From the UHGV virus genome UHGV-1599822: DNA of 24,885 bases, one strand, 5' to 3'. Positions 1 through 9,475 of this stretch are shown in pieces. Position numbers and translations under genes: made by a program. The notes beneath the pieces were generated by a model, which ran no database searches, had not been told where the DNA came from, and saw only the letters and a list, made by a program, of their open reading frames with translations. The first letter of the stretch is position 1. Each line of letters starts with the position of its first letter. The stretch is from a virus.

Positions 1-764
1 AGTGGCATTAACACAACGTTCGCCCAGTCTTTCGGGGCGATTTCAACAAGGCTACCCATAATATTACCGGGTATATATGCCTTAATCATTTGGTCTGCAC
101 CCCTAAATCCTTTCACTTGACTCCAATCAATTTTTAATTTCGTTTTATTAGTAATAGTAGGTGTATTTGCATATTGCTTTAAAAGCTCTTCTAGAAATTG
201 CTGACGAGCTTTAGGTGGAATATAGTGCAAGTTCAATCCATACATTAAATTATGTTTACCTAAACCAAGGTAAATTATCAAAGGAAATTTATCCCAGTAA
301 GGAAGAGTTTCCTTGTGTTTAGCATCATAAGCAAAAGCATATATTCGTCCCGGCTGCGGGCGAACAACCTTATGTCCTTTTACTTGCTTAATAGTTTCAG
401 CAAACCACTTTCTGGTTTTATTATTAATTGCTGCGCCTTCATTACGAATTTTATCACGCAATGTTTGCCTGAATGAATTTATCATAAGCAGTTGTCTTTC
501 TTGCTTATTGAGTTTATTCATTGGTTTTGATTCAAGCTTTTGAATCTTTTCAGCTGTTTTAATTCCTGAAGCATATTTTGACATTGCTGAAGTAAACGTA
601 GAGTATTTGATTCCTCTTTCTTCGGCAAATTGCTTTCCTGTCATTCCTTTTGCTTTGGCCTTTCTGTATTCAAGACCTATCTGAATCCATTTCTTTTCGT
701 TTAATGATTGCTTAACCTTTGGAACTTGGGGAGTGCTTTCATTAATTATTTGAAAAATAGCCAT
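1..764 (-). CDS. 2: DNA end protector protein gp2 (partial; C-terminus lies beyond the window edge)
   Basis: Minus-strand frame is open from the ATG at 762-764 to position 1: 254 codons with no stop by manual translation ([26 protein letters not shown]...). Start overlaps the gene 4 stop in a TAATG junction. T4 gp2 is 274 aa from memory, so about 20 codons are outside the window. Absent from the ORF track because it has no in-window stop. Confidence 0.8.
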   Translation of the reverse strand, partial: MAIFQIINESTPQVPKVKQSLNEKKWIQIGLEYRKAKAKGMTGKQFAEERGIKYSTFTSAMSKYASGIKTAEKIQKLESKPMNKLNKQERQLLMINSFRQTLRDKIRNEGAAINNKTRKWFAETIKQVKGHKVVRPQPGRIYAFAYDAKHKETLPYWDKFPLIIYLGLGKHNLMYGLNLHYIPPKARQQFLEELLKQYANTPTITNKTKLKIDWSQVKGFRGADQMIKAYIPGNIMGSLVEIAPKDWANVVLMP

Positions 765-1216
765 TATGCCCCCTTAAAGCCAAGAGCTCGTAATCCATCT
801 TCTGTTAAAATTCTAAATTTTATTCCACGCTTTTCAGCTAAAGCTTGAGCTGCTTTCCATTTGTCGGTATTAACAGAATATGTATAAATTTCATTCATAA
901 ATCTTTTCTTCGCTGCGGTTGTTAGATGCGCCGGTTTAACTGGTGGTTGTGTTTCTTTTTTAGGTTTTATTTCAATAAAAAATTCTTGTCCAGAAGAATC
1001 TTTCATCCAAATATCCATGAAGTATCTACGTTTTTTCCCTTCTGCATTACAAAAATAAGGAATTACTGCTGTTTCACTACCCCATGCAATAATTTCTGGA
1101 TTTTTATCTAACCATTCAAAAAAGAATTTTTCCCAATTTGATCTATACGTAATTTTTTTAGGGTCACCTCTATATTTTGATATATTTTTAGGAACCCATT
1201 TTCCAGAATATGCCAT
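764..1216 (-). CDS. 4: Head completion protein gp4
   Basis: 150-aa ORF, the same length as T4 gp4 (from memory). Shine-Dalgarno AAGGAGA (complement of 1222-1228) about 5 nt upstream of the ATG. Sits between gene 2 and the divergently transcribed gene 53, as in T4. Confidence 0.85.
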   Translation of the reverse strand: MAYSGKWVPKNISKYRGDPKKITYRSNWEKFFFEWLDKNPEIIAWGSETAVIPYFCNAEGKKRRYFMDIWMKDSSGQEFFIEIKPKKETQPPVKPAHLTTAAKKRFMNEIYTYSVNTDKWKAAQALAEKRGIKFRILTEDGLRALGFKGA

Positions 1217-1227
1217 TGGATTCTCCT

Positions 1228-1235
1228 TATAAATA
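1228..1235 (+). promoter_or_regulatory. T4-type late promoter box TATAAATA for gene 53
   Basis: Exact TATAAATA 29 nt upstream of the gene 53 ATG (1265), followed by SD GGGAGG (1254-1259). TATAAATA is the established consensus for T-even late promoters read by gp55-RNA polymerase. Confidence 0.75.
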
Positions 1236-1242
1236 GATAATA

Positions 1243-1250
1243 TATTTATA
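1243..1250 (-). promoter_or_regulatory. T4-type late promoter box TATAAATA for genes 4 and 2 (divergent from the gene 53 promoter)
   Basis: Plus-strand TATTTATA is TATAAATA on the minus strand, about 27 nt upstream of the gene 4 ATG. The two boxes are back to back, 7 bp apart, in the 48-bp gap between genes 4 and 53. Confidence 0.7.
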
Positions 1251-1264
1251 AACAGGGAGGGCCC

Positions 1265-1855
1265 ATGCTCTTTACATTTTTTGATCCGATTGAATATGCG
1301 GCCAAAACGGTGAATAAAAACGCGCCGACTATTCCTATGACAGATATTTTTAGAAACTATAAAGACTATTTCAAACGTGCTCTTGCGGGATACCGCTTAC
1401 GTACTTATTATATTAAAGGTTCACCGCGCCCGGAAGAATTAGCAAATGCTATATATGGAAATCCGCAGTTGTATTGGGTTTTATTGATGTGTAATGATAA
1501 TTATGATCCGTATTATGGATGGATTACTTCGCAAGAAGCTGCTTATCAAGCATCTATACAAAAATACAAAAACGTAGGTGGAGACCAAATAGTATATCAT
1601 GTGAATGAGAACGGTGAAAAATTTTATAATTTAATATCATACGATGATAATCCATATGTTTGGTATGACAAAGGCGATAAAGCTAGAAAATATCCTCAAT
1701 ATGAAGGAGCACTTGCTGCGGTCGATACGTATGAAGCTGCTGTTCTTGAAAATGAAAAACTTCGTCAAATAAAAATAATAGCAAAATCAGACATCAATTC
1801 ATTTATGAACGACCTTATACGTATAATGGAGAAATCTTATGGAAATGATAAGTAA
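1265..1855 (+). CDS. 53: Baseplate wedge protein gp53
   Basis: 196-aa ORF, matching T4 gp53 in length (memory) and in position immediately upstream of gene 5. SD GGGAGG precedes the ATG. Confidence 0.85.
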   Translation: MLFTFFDPIEYAAKTVNKNAPTIPMTDIFRNYKDYFKRALAGYRLRTYYIKGSPRPEELANAIYGNPQLYWVLLMCNDNYDPYYGWITSQEAAYQASIQKYKNVGGDQIVYHVNENGEKFYNLISYDDNPYVWYDKGDKARKYPQYEGALAAVDTYEAAVLENEKLRQIKIIAKSDINSFMNDLIRIMEKSYGNDK

Positions 1856-3566
1856 TAACCTTAATTGGTTTGTTGGTGTTGTTGAAGATAGAATGGACCC
1901 ATTAAAATTAGGTCGTGTTCGTGTTCGTGTAGTTGGTCTGCATCCACCTCAAAGAGCACAAGGCGATGTAATGGGTATTCCAACTGATAAATTACCGTGG
2001 ATGTCAGTTATTCAACCCATAACTTCCGCAGCAATGTCTGGAATTGGAGGCTCCGTTACTGGTCCGGTAGAAGGAACTAGAGTCTATGGTCATTTTTTAG
2101 ACAAATGGAAAACTAACGGAATTGTCCTTGGCACGTATGGTGGAATAGTTCGCGAAAAGCCTAATAGACTCGAAGGATTTTCTGATCCGACTGGACAGTA
2201 TCCTAGACGTCTAGGAAATGATACTAACGTATTAAACCAAGGCGGAGAAGTAGGATATGATTCGTCTTCTAATATTATCCAAGATAGCAATCTAGACACT
2301 GCGATAAATCCTGATGATAGACCACTATCAGAGATTCCAACTGATGATAATCCAAATATGTCAATGGCTGAAATGCTTCGCCGCGATGAAGGATTAAGAC
2401 TAAAAGTTTATTGGGATACTGAAGGATATCCGACAATTGGTATTGGTCATCTTATCATGAAGCAGCCAGTTCGTGATATGACCCAAATTAATAAAGTTTT
2501 ATCAAAACAAGTTGGTCGTGAAATTACCGGAAATCCAGGTTCTATTACAATGGAAGAAGCGGTAACTTTATTTGAACGTGATTTGGCTGATATGCAACGT
2601 GACATTAAATCACATTCTAAAGTTGGCCCAGTTTGGCAAGCAGTTAATCGTTCTCGTCAAATGGCATTAGAAAATATGGCATTTCAGATGGGTGTTGGTG
2701 GTGTAGCTAAATTTAACACAATGTTAACTGCTATGTTAGCCGGAGATTGGGAAAAGGCATATAAAGCTGGTCGTGATTCATTGTGGTATCAACAAACAAA
2801 AGGCCGTGCATCTCGTGTTACCATGATTATTCTTACAGGTAATTTGGAATCATACGGTATTGAAGTGAAAACACCGTCTAGGTCTTTGTCAGCAATGGCT
2901 GCTACTGTAGCAAAGTCTTCTGATCCAGCTGATCCTCCTATTCCGAATGATTCGAGAATTTTATTTAAAGAACCTGTTTCTTCATATAAAGGTGAATATC
3001 CATATGTTCACACAATGGAAACTGAAAGCGGTCATATTCAGGAATTTGATGATACCCCTGGGCAAGAACGATACAGATTAGTTCATCCGACTGGAACATA
3101 TGAGGAAGTATCACCCTCAGGAAGAAGAACAAGAAAAACTGTTGATAATTTGTATGATATAACAAATGCTGATGGTAATTTTTTGGTAGCCGGTGATAAA
3201 AAGACTAACGTCGGTGGGTCAGAAATTTATTACAACATGGATAATCGTCTCCACCAAATAGATGGAAGCAATACAATATTTGTACGTGGCGATGAAACTA
3301 AGACGGTTGAAGGTAATGGAACTATCCTAGTCAAAGGTAATGTTACTATTGTAGTTGAAGGTAATGCTGACATTACAGTTAAAGGAGATGCTACCACTTT
3401 AGTTGAAGGAAATCAGACTAATACAGTAAATGGAAATCTTTCTTGGAAAGTTGCTGGGACAGTTGATTGGGACGTTGGTGGTGATTGGACAGAAAAAATG
3501 GCATCTATGAGTTCTATTTCATCTGGTCAATACACAATTGATGGATCGAGGATTGACATTGGCTAA
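1839..3566 (+). CDS. 5: Baseplate central spike and tail lysozyme gp5 (cell-puncturing device)
   Basis: 575 aa, as in T4 gp5. Internal lysozyme domain with motif EMLRRDEGLRLKVYWDTEGYPTIGIGH, clearly homologous to T4 e-lysozyme [27 protein letters not shown]. C-terminal VxGxxxxx beta-helix repeats (VEGNGTILVKGNVTIVVEGNADITVKGDATTLVEGNQTNTVNGN). SD GGAG at 1828-1831; start overlaps the gene 53 end by 17 nt. Confidence 0.95.
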   Translation: MEMISNNLNWFVGVVEDRMDPLKLGRVRVRVVGLHPPQRAQGDVMGIPTDKLPWMSVIQPITSAAMSGIGGSVTGPVEGTRVYGHFLDKWKTNGIVLGTYGGIVREKPNRLEGFSDPTGQYPRRLGNDTNVLNQGGEVGYDSSSNIIQDSNLDTAINPDDRPLSEIPTDDNPNMSMAEMLRRDEGLRLKVYWDTEGYPTIGIGHLIMKQPVRDMTQINKVLSKQVGREITGNPGSITMEEAVTLFERDLADMQRDIKSHSKVGPVWQAVNRSRQMALENMAFQMGVGGVAKFNTMLTAMLAGDWEKAYKAGRDSLWYQQTKGRASRVTMIILTGNLESYGIEVKTPSRSLSAMAATVAKSSDPADPPIPNDSRILFKEPVSSYKGEYPYVHTMETESGHIQEFDDTPGQERYRLVHPTGTYEEVSPSGRRTRKTVDNLYDITNADGNFLVAGDKKTNVGGSEIYYNMDNRLHQIDGSNTIFVRGDETKTVEGNGTILVKGNVTIVVEGNADITVKGDATTLVEGNQTNTVNGNLSWKVAGTVDWDVGGDWTEKMASMSSISSGQYTIDGSRIDIG

Positions 3567-3600
3567 TATACTTCCAATGAGCGCTGATTTAGGAGAATCC

Positions 3601-4095
3601 ATGGAAGGTTCTTCTATCGACGTCACCTTTACCGCTCAATTAGAAACAGGTGAAACGTTAGTATCTATAAATATAACTAGTTATGAAGAAACTCCTGGGG
3701 TTTTAGTAGAAGAAAATCGCTTATATGGAACATATGAATCTGTGTTTGGATTTGGAAATGACGCGTTGAAATATCGACTAGGCGATGAATTTAGAACTGC
3801 TGCTTCATGGGAAGAACTTCCTATTGATTCTGATACTCAGTTGTATTTGTGGAAAGCTCCTCAAAATCTCCAGAAGACATTCACTTACGAAGTAACATTA
3901 ATATATGACTACCAAGAACAAAGCGAATCTGGAGGTTCTGGCAGTAATTCTAGGTCATCTTCTGATACTACTGAACCGACAGATCCTCCTGCTCCAGTAA
4001 GAAAAACTCTCGTTAAAAATTATACTAAAACTATAGTTGGAAATTGGAGTCGTTGGGCTAATAAATTAAGAAGCTATGTGTATGAGAGGTCATAG
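3601..4095 (+). CDS. 5.1: gp5.1-like hypothetical protein (function unknown)
   Basis: ORF track gives 3538..4095, but 3538 is a TTG codon. The ATG at 3601 has a strong SD AGGAG (3591-3595) with a 5-nt spacer, giving 164 aa. Position between genes 5 and 5.4 matches T4 5.1. Contains a Ser/Gly-rich low-complexity segment ([25 protein letters not shown]). Confidence 0.6.
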
Positions 4096-4389
4096 ATGTC
4101 AGGATTAAGTTATGATAAATGTGTTACTGCTGGTCATGAAGCGTGGCCTCCAACAGTTGTGAATGCTACACAAAGTAAAGTATTCACTGGAGGAATTGCT
4201 GTTCTCGTAGCAGGTGATCCAATTACAGAACATACAGAAATTAAAAAGCCATATGAAACACATGGCGGAGTGACACAACCCAGAACTTCTAAGGTATATG
4301 TCACTGGAAAGAAAGCTGTTCAAATGGCTGATCCAATATCATGCGGTGATACTGTGGCTCAGGCATCATCTAAAGTATTCATTAAATAG
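4096..4389 (+). CDS. 5.4: gp5.4 PAAR-repeat protein capping the gp5 spike tip
   Basis: 97 aa, the same length as T4 gp5.4 (memory). ATG directly abuts the 5.1 stop (TAG-ATG), with SD GAGAGG upstream. Small, Gly/Val/Thr-rich, immediately downstream of gene 5, as expected for a spike-tip protein. Confidence 0.85.
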
Positions 4390-4397
4390 GATTTAAA

Positions 4398-6380
4398 ATG
4401 GCAAATACCCCTGTAAATTATCAATTAACAAGAACAGCAAATGCTATTCCCGAGATATTCGTCGGGGGTACATTTGCTGAAATAAAACAAAACCTCATTG
4501 AATGGCTTAATGGCCAAAATGAATTTTTGGATTATGATTTTGAAGGCTCAAGATTAAACGTTCTGTGTGACCTTTTAGCTTATAATACATTGTACATTCA
4601 ACAGTTTGGTAATGCTGCTGTGTATGAAAGCTTTATGCGTACTGCTAACTTACGAAGTTCAGTTGTTCAAGCTGCACAAGATAACGGATATTTACCTACT
4701 TCAAAATCCGCTGCGCAGACCGAAATTATGTTAACATGCACCGACGCATTGAATAGGAATTACATTACTATTCCTCGCGGAACTCGCTTTTTAGCATATG
4801 CAAAAGATACTTCTGTTAATCCATATAACTTCGTTTCTACCGAAGACGTTATTGCTATTCGTGATAAAAATAACCAATATTTTCCGCGTTTAAAATTGGC
4901 CCAGGGACGTATAGTAAGAACTGAAATCATTTATGATAAATTAACACCTATTATCATTTATGATAAAAATATTGATAGAAACCAGGTTAAATTATACGTT
5001 GATGGAGCAGAATGGATTAACTGGACAAGAAAGTCAATGGTTCATGCTGGTTCTACATCGACAATTTACTACATGCGTGAAACTATTGATGGAAATACTG
5101 AATTCTATTTTGGTGAAGGTGAAATTTCTGTTAATGCTTCTGAAGGAGCTTTGACCGCTAATTATATCGGAGGTCTTAAACCTACTCAGAACTCTACGAT
5201 TGTTATTGAGTACATCAGTACTAATGGTGCTGACGCGAACGGAGCAGTCGGATTTTCATACGCAGATACATTAACAAATATAACTGTCATCAATATTAAT
5301 GAAAATCCAAACGATGACCCAGATTTTGTTGGGGCAGATGGCGGCGGTGATCCAGAAGATATTGAGCGTATCCGCGAATTGGGTACTATTAAACGCGAAA
5401 CCCAGCAACGCTGCGTAACTGCGACTGACTATGATACATTCGTTTCAGAGAGATTTGGTTCTATTATTCAAGCAGTTCAGACTTTCACTGATTCTACTAA
5501 ACCTGGTTATGCATTTATTGCTGCTAAACCTAAATCAGGATTGTATTTAACTACTGTGCAACGTGAAGATATTAAAAATTATCTCAAAGACTATAATTTA
5601 GCTCCTATTACGCCATCAATTATTTCTCCTAATTATCTTTTTATTAAGACTAATTTAAAAGTCACATATGCTTTAAATAAGCTGCAAGAATCCGAACAGT
5701 GGCTCGAAGGTCAAATAATTGATAAAATTGATCGTTATTATACCGAAGACGTAGAAATTTTTAATTCATCTTTCGCTAAATCTAAGATGTTGACATATGT
5801 AGATGATGCAGATCATTCTATCATTGGCTCATCAGCGACAATTCAAATTGTTCGTGAAGTACAAAACTTCTATAAAACGCCTGAAGCAGGTATTAAATAC
5901 AATAATCAAATAAAAGATCGTTCTATGGAATCTAATACGTTTTCATTTAATTCTGGACGAAAGGTTGTAAATCCTGATACTGGTTTAGAAGAAGATGTAT
6001 TATATGACGTTCGCATAGTATCAACAGACCGAGATTCTAAAGGAATTGGTAAAGTTATTATTGGTCCATTTGCTTCTGGCGATGTTACAGAAAATGAAAA
6101 CATTCAGCCATATACAGGCAACGATTTTAACAAATTAGCAAATTCTGATGGACGCGACAAATACTATGTTATCGGTGAAATAAATTATCCAGCTGATGTG
6201 ATTTATTGGAATATCGCTAAAATTAATTTAACATCTGAAAAATTTGAAGTTCAGACCATCGAATTATATTCTGACCCAACCGATGATGTTATCTTTACTC
6301 GCGACGGTTCACTGATTGTATTTGAAAATGATTTACGTCCACAATACTTAACTATCGATTTGGAGCCTATATCACAATGA
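4398..6380 (+). CDS. 6: Baseplate wedge protein gp6
   Basis: 660 aa, matching T4 gp6 in length and synteny; stop overlaps the gene 7 start (ATGA). Confidence 0.9.
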   Translation: MANTPVNYQLTRTANAIPEIFVGGTFAEIKQNLIEWLNGQNEFLDYDFEGSRLNVLCDLLAYNTLYIQQFGNAAVYESFMRTANLRSSVVQAAQDNGYLPTSKSAAQTEIMLTCTDALNRNYITIPRGTRFLAYAKDTSVNPYNFVSTEDVIAIRDKNNQYFPRLKLAQGRIVRTEIIYDKLTPIIIYDKNIDRNQVKLYVDGAEWINWTRKSMVHAGSTSTIYYMRETIDGNTEFYFGEGEISVNASEGALTANYIGGLKPTQNSTIVIEYISTNGADANGAVGFSYADTLTNITVININENPNDDPDFVGADGGGDPEDIERIRELGTIKRETQQRCVTATDYDTFVSERFGSIIQAVQTFTDSTKPGYAFIAAKPKSGLYLTTVQREDIKNYLKDYNLAPITPSIISPNYLFIKTNLKVTYALNKLQESEQWLEGQIIDKIDRYYTEDVEIFNSSFAKSKMLTYVDDADHSIIGSSATIQIVREVQNFYKTPEAGIKYNNQIKDRSMESNTFSFNSGRKVVNPDTGLEEDVLYDVRIVSTDRDSKGIGKVIIGPFASGDVTENENIQPYTGNDFNKLANSDGRDKYYVIGEINYPADVIYWNIAKINLTSEKFEVQTIELYSDPTDDVIFTRDGSLIVFENDLRPQYLTIDLEPISQ

Positions 6381-9300
6381 CAGTAAAAGCACCTTCAGTC
6401 ACTAGTCTCAGAATTTCCAAGTTATCCGCAAATCAGGTGCAAGTACGCTGGGATGACGTTGGTGCTAATTTCTACTATTTTGTAGAAATCGCTGAGACAA
6501 AAACAGACTCGGGGGAAAATCTCCCGAGTGATCAATATCGTTGGATTAATTTAGGATATACAGCAAATAATAGCTTCTTTTTTGATGATGCTGACCCATT
6601 GACATCATACATTATCAGAGTAGCTACAGCTGCACAAGATTTTGAGCAATCTGATTGGGTTTATACGGAAGAGTTTGAAACTTTTGCTACGAATGCTTAC
6701 ACATTTCAAAACATGATTGAAATGCAATTAGCCAATAAATTCATTCAGGAAAAATTTACTCTTAATAATTCTGATTATGTTAATTTTAACAATGACACTA
6801 TAATGGCTGCATTGATGAATGAATCATTTCAATTCAGCCCATCGTATGTTGATGTTTCATCAATAAGTAATTTTATTATTGGTGAAAATGAGTATCATGA
6901 AATACAAGGTTCTATTCAGCAAGTATGTAAGGATATTAACCGAGTTTATTTGATGGAATCAGAAGGAATTCTATATCTTTTTGAGCGCTATCAACCTGTA
7001 GTTAAAGTATCCAATGATAAAGGACAAACCTGGAAAGCCGTAAAGCTCTTCAATGACCGTGTAGGATATCCTTTATCTAAGACAGTATATTACCAATCTG
7101 CGAACACAACATACGTTCTAGGATACGACAAGATTTTCTATGGCCGTAAATCGACTGACGTTAGATGGTCAGCAGATGATGTCAGATTCAGTTCGCAGGA
7201 TATAACATTTGCTAATCTTGGCGACCAGTTACATTTAGGATTTGATGTAGAAATCTTTGGTACTTATGCGACTTTACCAGCGAATGTATATCGTATAGCT
7301 GAAGCCATTACTTGTACGGATGATTATATCTATGTTGTTGCCAGAGATAAAGTTAGATATATAAAAACGAGCAATGCACCTATAGATTCTGATCCATTAT
7401 CTCCAACATATTCGGAAAGGCTATTTGAATCTGATACAATGACTATAACTGGAAATCCTAAAGCAGTATGCTATAAAATGGATTCTATCGGTGATAAAGT
7501 TTTTGCTCTTATTATTGGTGAAGTTGAAACATTAAATGCCAATCCGAGAACTTCAAAAATAATTGATTCTGCTGATAAAGGAATATATGTTTTAAATCAT
7601 GACGAAAAAACATGGAAAAGAGTTTTCGGTAATACCGAAGAAGAAAGAAGACGTATTCAACCCGGATATGCGAATATGTCAACTGACGGTAAATTAGTTT
7701 CTCTATCTTCGAGTAATTTTAAATTTTTAAATGATAACGTTGTTAATGACCCTGAAACTGTAGCAAAATATCAGTTAATCGGTGCTGTTAAATATGAATT
7801 TCCTCGTGAATGGTTAGCTGATAAGCATTATCATATGATGGCATTTATAGCGGATGAAAAATCTGATTGGGAGACTTTTACTCCTCAACCAATGAAATAC
7901 TACGCAGAACCGTTCTTTAATTGGTCTAAAAAATCTAACACACGCTGTTGGATAAACAACTCTAATAGAGCTGTAGTAGTTTATGCTGATTTAAAATACA
8001 CTAAAGTTATAGAAAATATTCCGGAAACATCACCAGATAGATTAGTTCATGAATACTGGGATGATGGTGATTGTACGATAGTAATGCCAAATGTTAAATT
8101 CACGGGATTTAAAAAATATGCGTCTGGGATGCTTTTTTATAAATCTTCTGGTGAAATAATTTCTTATTATGATTTTAACTATCGTGTGAGAGATACAGTA
8201 GAAATTATTTGGAAGCCGACTGGAGTATTTTTAAAAGCATTTTTACAAAACCAAGAGCATGAGACTCCTTGGTCGCCAGAAGAAGAGCATGGATTAGCTG
8301 ACCCTGATTTAAGACCATTAATTGGCACAATGATGCCTGATTCTTATTTGTTGCAGGATTCGAATTTTGAGGCATTTTGCGAAGCATATATTCAGTATCT
8401 TTCTGATGGATATGGAACTCAGTATAACAATTTACGAAATTTAATTCGTAATCAGTATCCACGAGAAGAGCATGCATGGGAATATTTGTGGTCAGAGATA
8501 TATAAAAGAAACATTTATTTGAACGCGGATAAGCGAGATGCTGTTGCAAGATTTTTTGAATCACGTAGCTATGATTTTTATTCTACTAAAGGAATTGAAG
8601 CATCATACAAGTTTCTTTTTAAAGTTCTTTATAATGAAGAAGTTGAAATTGAAATTGAATCTGGGGCTGGTACTGAATATGACATAATCGTTCAATCTGA
8701 TTCTTTGACTGAAGATTTAGTAGGACAAACGATTTATACATCCACAGGAAGATGTAATGTTACTTATATAGAAAGAAGTTATTCTAATGGTAAATTGCAA
8801 TGGACCGTAACTATTCATAATCTTTTGGGAAGATTAATTGCTGGTCAAGAAGTTAAAGCAGAAAGACTCCCTAGTTTTGAAGGCGAAATTATTCGTGGAG
8901 TTAAAGGAAAGGATTTGCTTCAAAACAATATAGACTATATTAATAGAAGCCGATCATATTATGTAATGAAAATTAAATCCAATTTACCTTCTTCTCGCTG
9001 GAAATCTGACGTTATTCGTTTTGTTCATCCAGTAGGATTTGGATTTATAGCAATTACCCTTTTAACGATGTTTATTAATGTTGGTTTAACTCTTAAACAC
9101 ACAGAGACTATAATTAATAAATACAAAAACTACAAATGGGATTCTGGATTGCCTACTGAATATGCTGATAGAGTAGCTAAATTAACTCCAACTGGCGAAA
9201 TTGAGTATGATTCAGTAACAGGCGAAGCAATTTATGAACCTGGCCCAATGGCTGGTGTAAAATATCCTCTTCCTGATGACTATAATGCTGAAAATAATAA

Positions 9301-9475
9301 TTCAATATTTCAAGGTCAATTGCCTTCTGAACGACGCAAGTTAATGAGTCCTCTATTTGACGCATCTGGAACAACATTTGCACAGTTTAGGGATTTAGTT
9401 AATAAACGTCTAAAAGATAATATAGGAAATCCAAGAGACCCTGAAAATCCAACACAGGTTAAAATAGATGAATGA
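6377..9475 (+). CDS. 7: Baseplate wedge protein gp7
   Basis: 1032 aa, matching T4 gp7 in length and synteny; ATGA overlap with gene 6 and 8-nt overlap with gene 8. Confidence 0.9.
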   Translation: MTVKAPSVTSLRISKLSANQVQVRWDDVGANFYYFVEIAETKTDSGENLPSDQYRWINLGYTANNSFFFDDADPLTSYIIRVATAAQDFEQSDWVYTEEFETFATNAYTFQNMIEMQLANKFIQEKFTLNNSDYVNFNNDTIMAALMNESFQFSPSYVDVSSISNFIIGENEYHEIQGSIQQVCKDINRVYLMESEGILYLFERYQPVVKVSNDKGQTWKAVKLFNDRVGYPLSKTVYYQSANTTYVLGYDKIFYGRKSTDVRWSADDVRFSSQDITFANLGDQLHLGFDVEIFGTYATLPANVYRIAEAITCTDDYIYVVARDKVRYIKTSNAPIDSDPLSPTYSERLFESDTMTITGNPKAVCYKMDSIGDKVFALIIGEVETLNANPRTSKIIDSADKGIYVLNHDEKTWKRVFGNTEEERRRIQPGYANMSTDGKLVSLSSSNFKFLNDNVVNDPETVAKYQLIGAVKYEFPREWLADKHYHMMAFIADEKSDWETFTPQPMKYYAEPFFNWSKKSNTRCWINNSNRAVVVYADLKYTKVIENIPETSPDRLVHEYWDDGDCTIVMPNVKFTGFKKYASGMLFYKSSGEIISYYDFNYRVRDTVEIIWKPTGVFLKAFLQNQEHETPWSPEEEHGLADPDLRPLIGTMMPDSYLLQDSNFEAFCEAYIQYLSDGYGTQYNNLRNLIRNQYPREEHAWEYLWSEIYKRNIYLNADKRDAVARFFESRSYDFYSTKGIEASYKFLFKVLYNEEVEIEIESGAGTEYDIIVQSDSLTEDLVGQTIYTSTGRCNVTYIERSYSNGKLQWTVTIHNLLGRLIAGQEVKAERLPSFEGEIIRGVKGKDLLQNNIDYINRSRSYYVMKIKSNLPSSRWKSDVIRFVHPVGFGFIAITLLTMFINVGLTLKHTETIINKYKNYKWDSGLPTEYADRVAKLTPTGEIEYDSVTGEAIYEPGPMAGVKYPLPDDYNAENNNSIFQGQLPSERRKLMSPLFDASGTTFAQFRDLVNKRLKDNIGNPRDPENPTQVKIDE

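Noticed and set aside
174-181. MotA-box-like TTGCTTTA (middle-promoter -30 element) on the plus strand inside gene 2.
   Set aside because: It is antisense to gene 2, the downstream -10 candidate (TAGAAA) is poor, and no plus-strand gene follows. Most likely chance.
3538-3600. Extended 185-aa version of gene 5.1 starting at 3538.
   Set aside because: Position 3538 is TTG, with no Shine-Dalgarno, and it overlaps the gene 5 3' end. The ATG at 3601 with AGGAG is the more credible start.
8205-8564. 119-aa antisense ORF inside gene 7, plus the other 60-111 aa ORFs in the track lying inside or antisense to larger genes (for example 926-1111, 2090-2299, 2965-3165, 4105-4323, 4960-5154, 5906-6103, 9177-9383, 9821-10156, 10607-10792, 12243-12464, 13466-13744, 14161-14409, 15120-15308, 17351-17587, 20479-20667, 22855-23037, 23744-23944).
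   Set aside because: All are fully embedded in long genes with clear T4 counterparts, lack convincing ribosome-binding sites, and have low-complexity, stop-avoiding composition typical of chance frames in AT-rich DNA.
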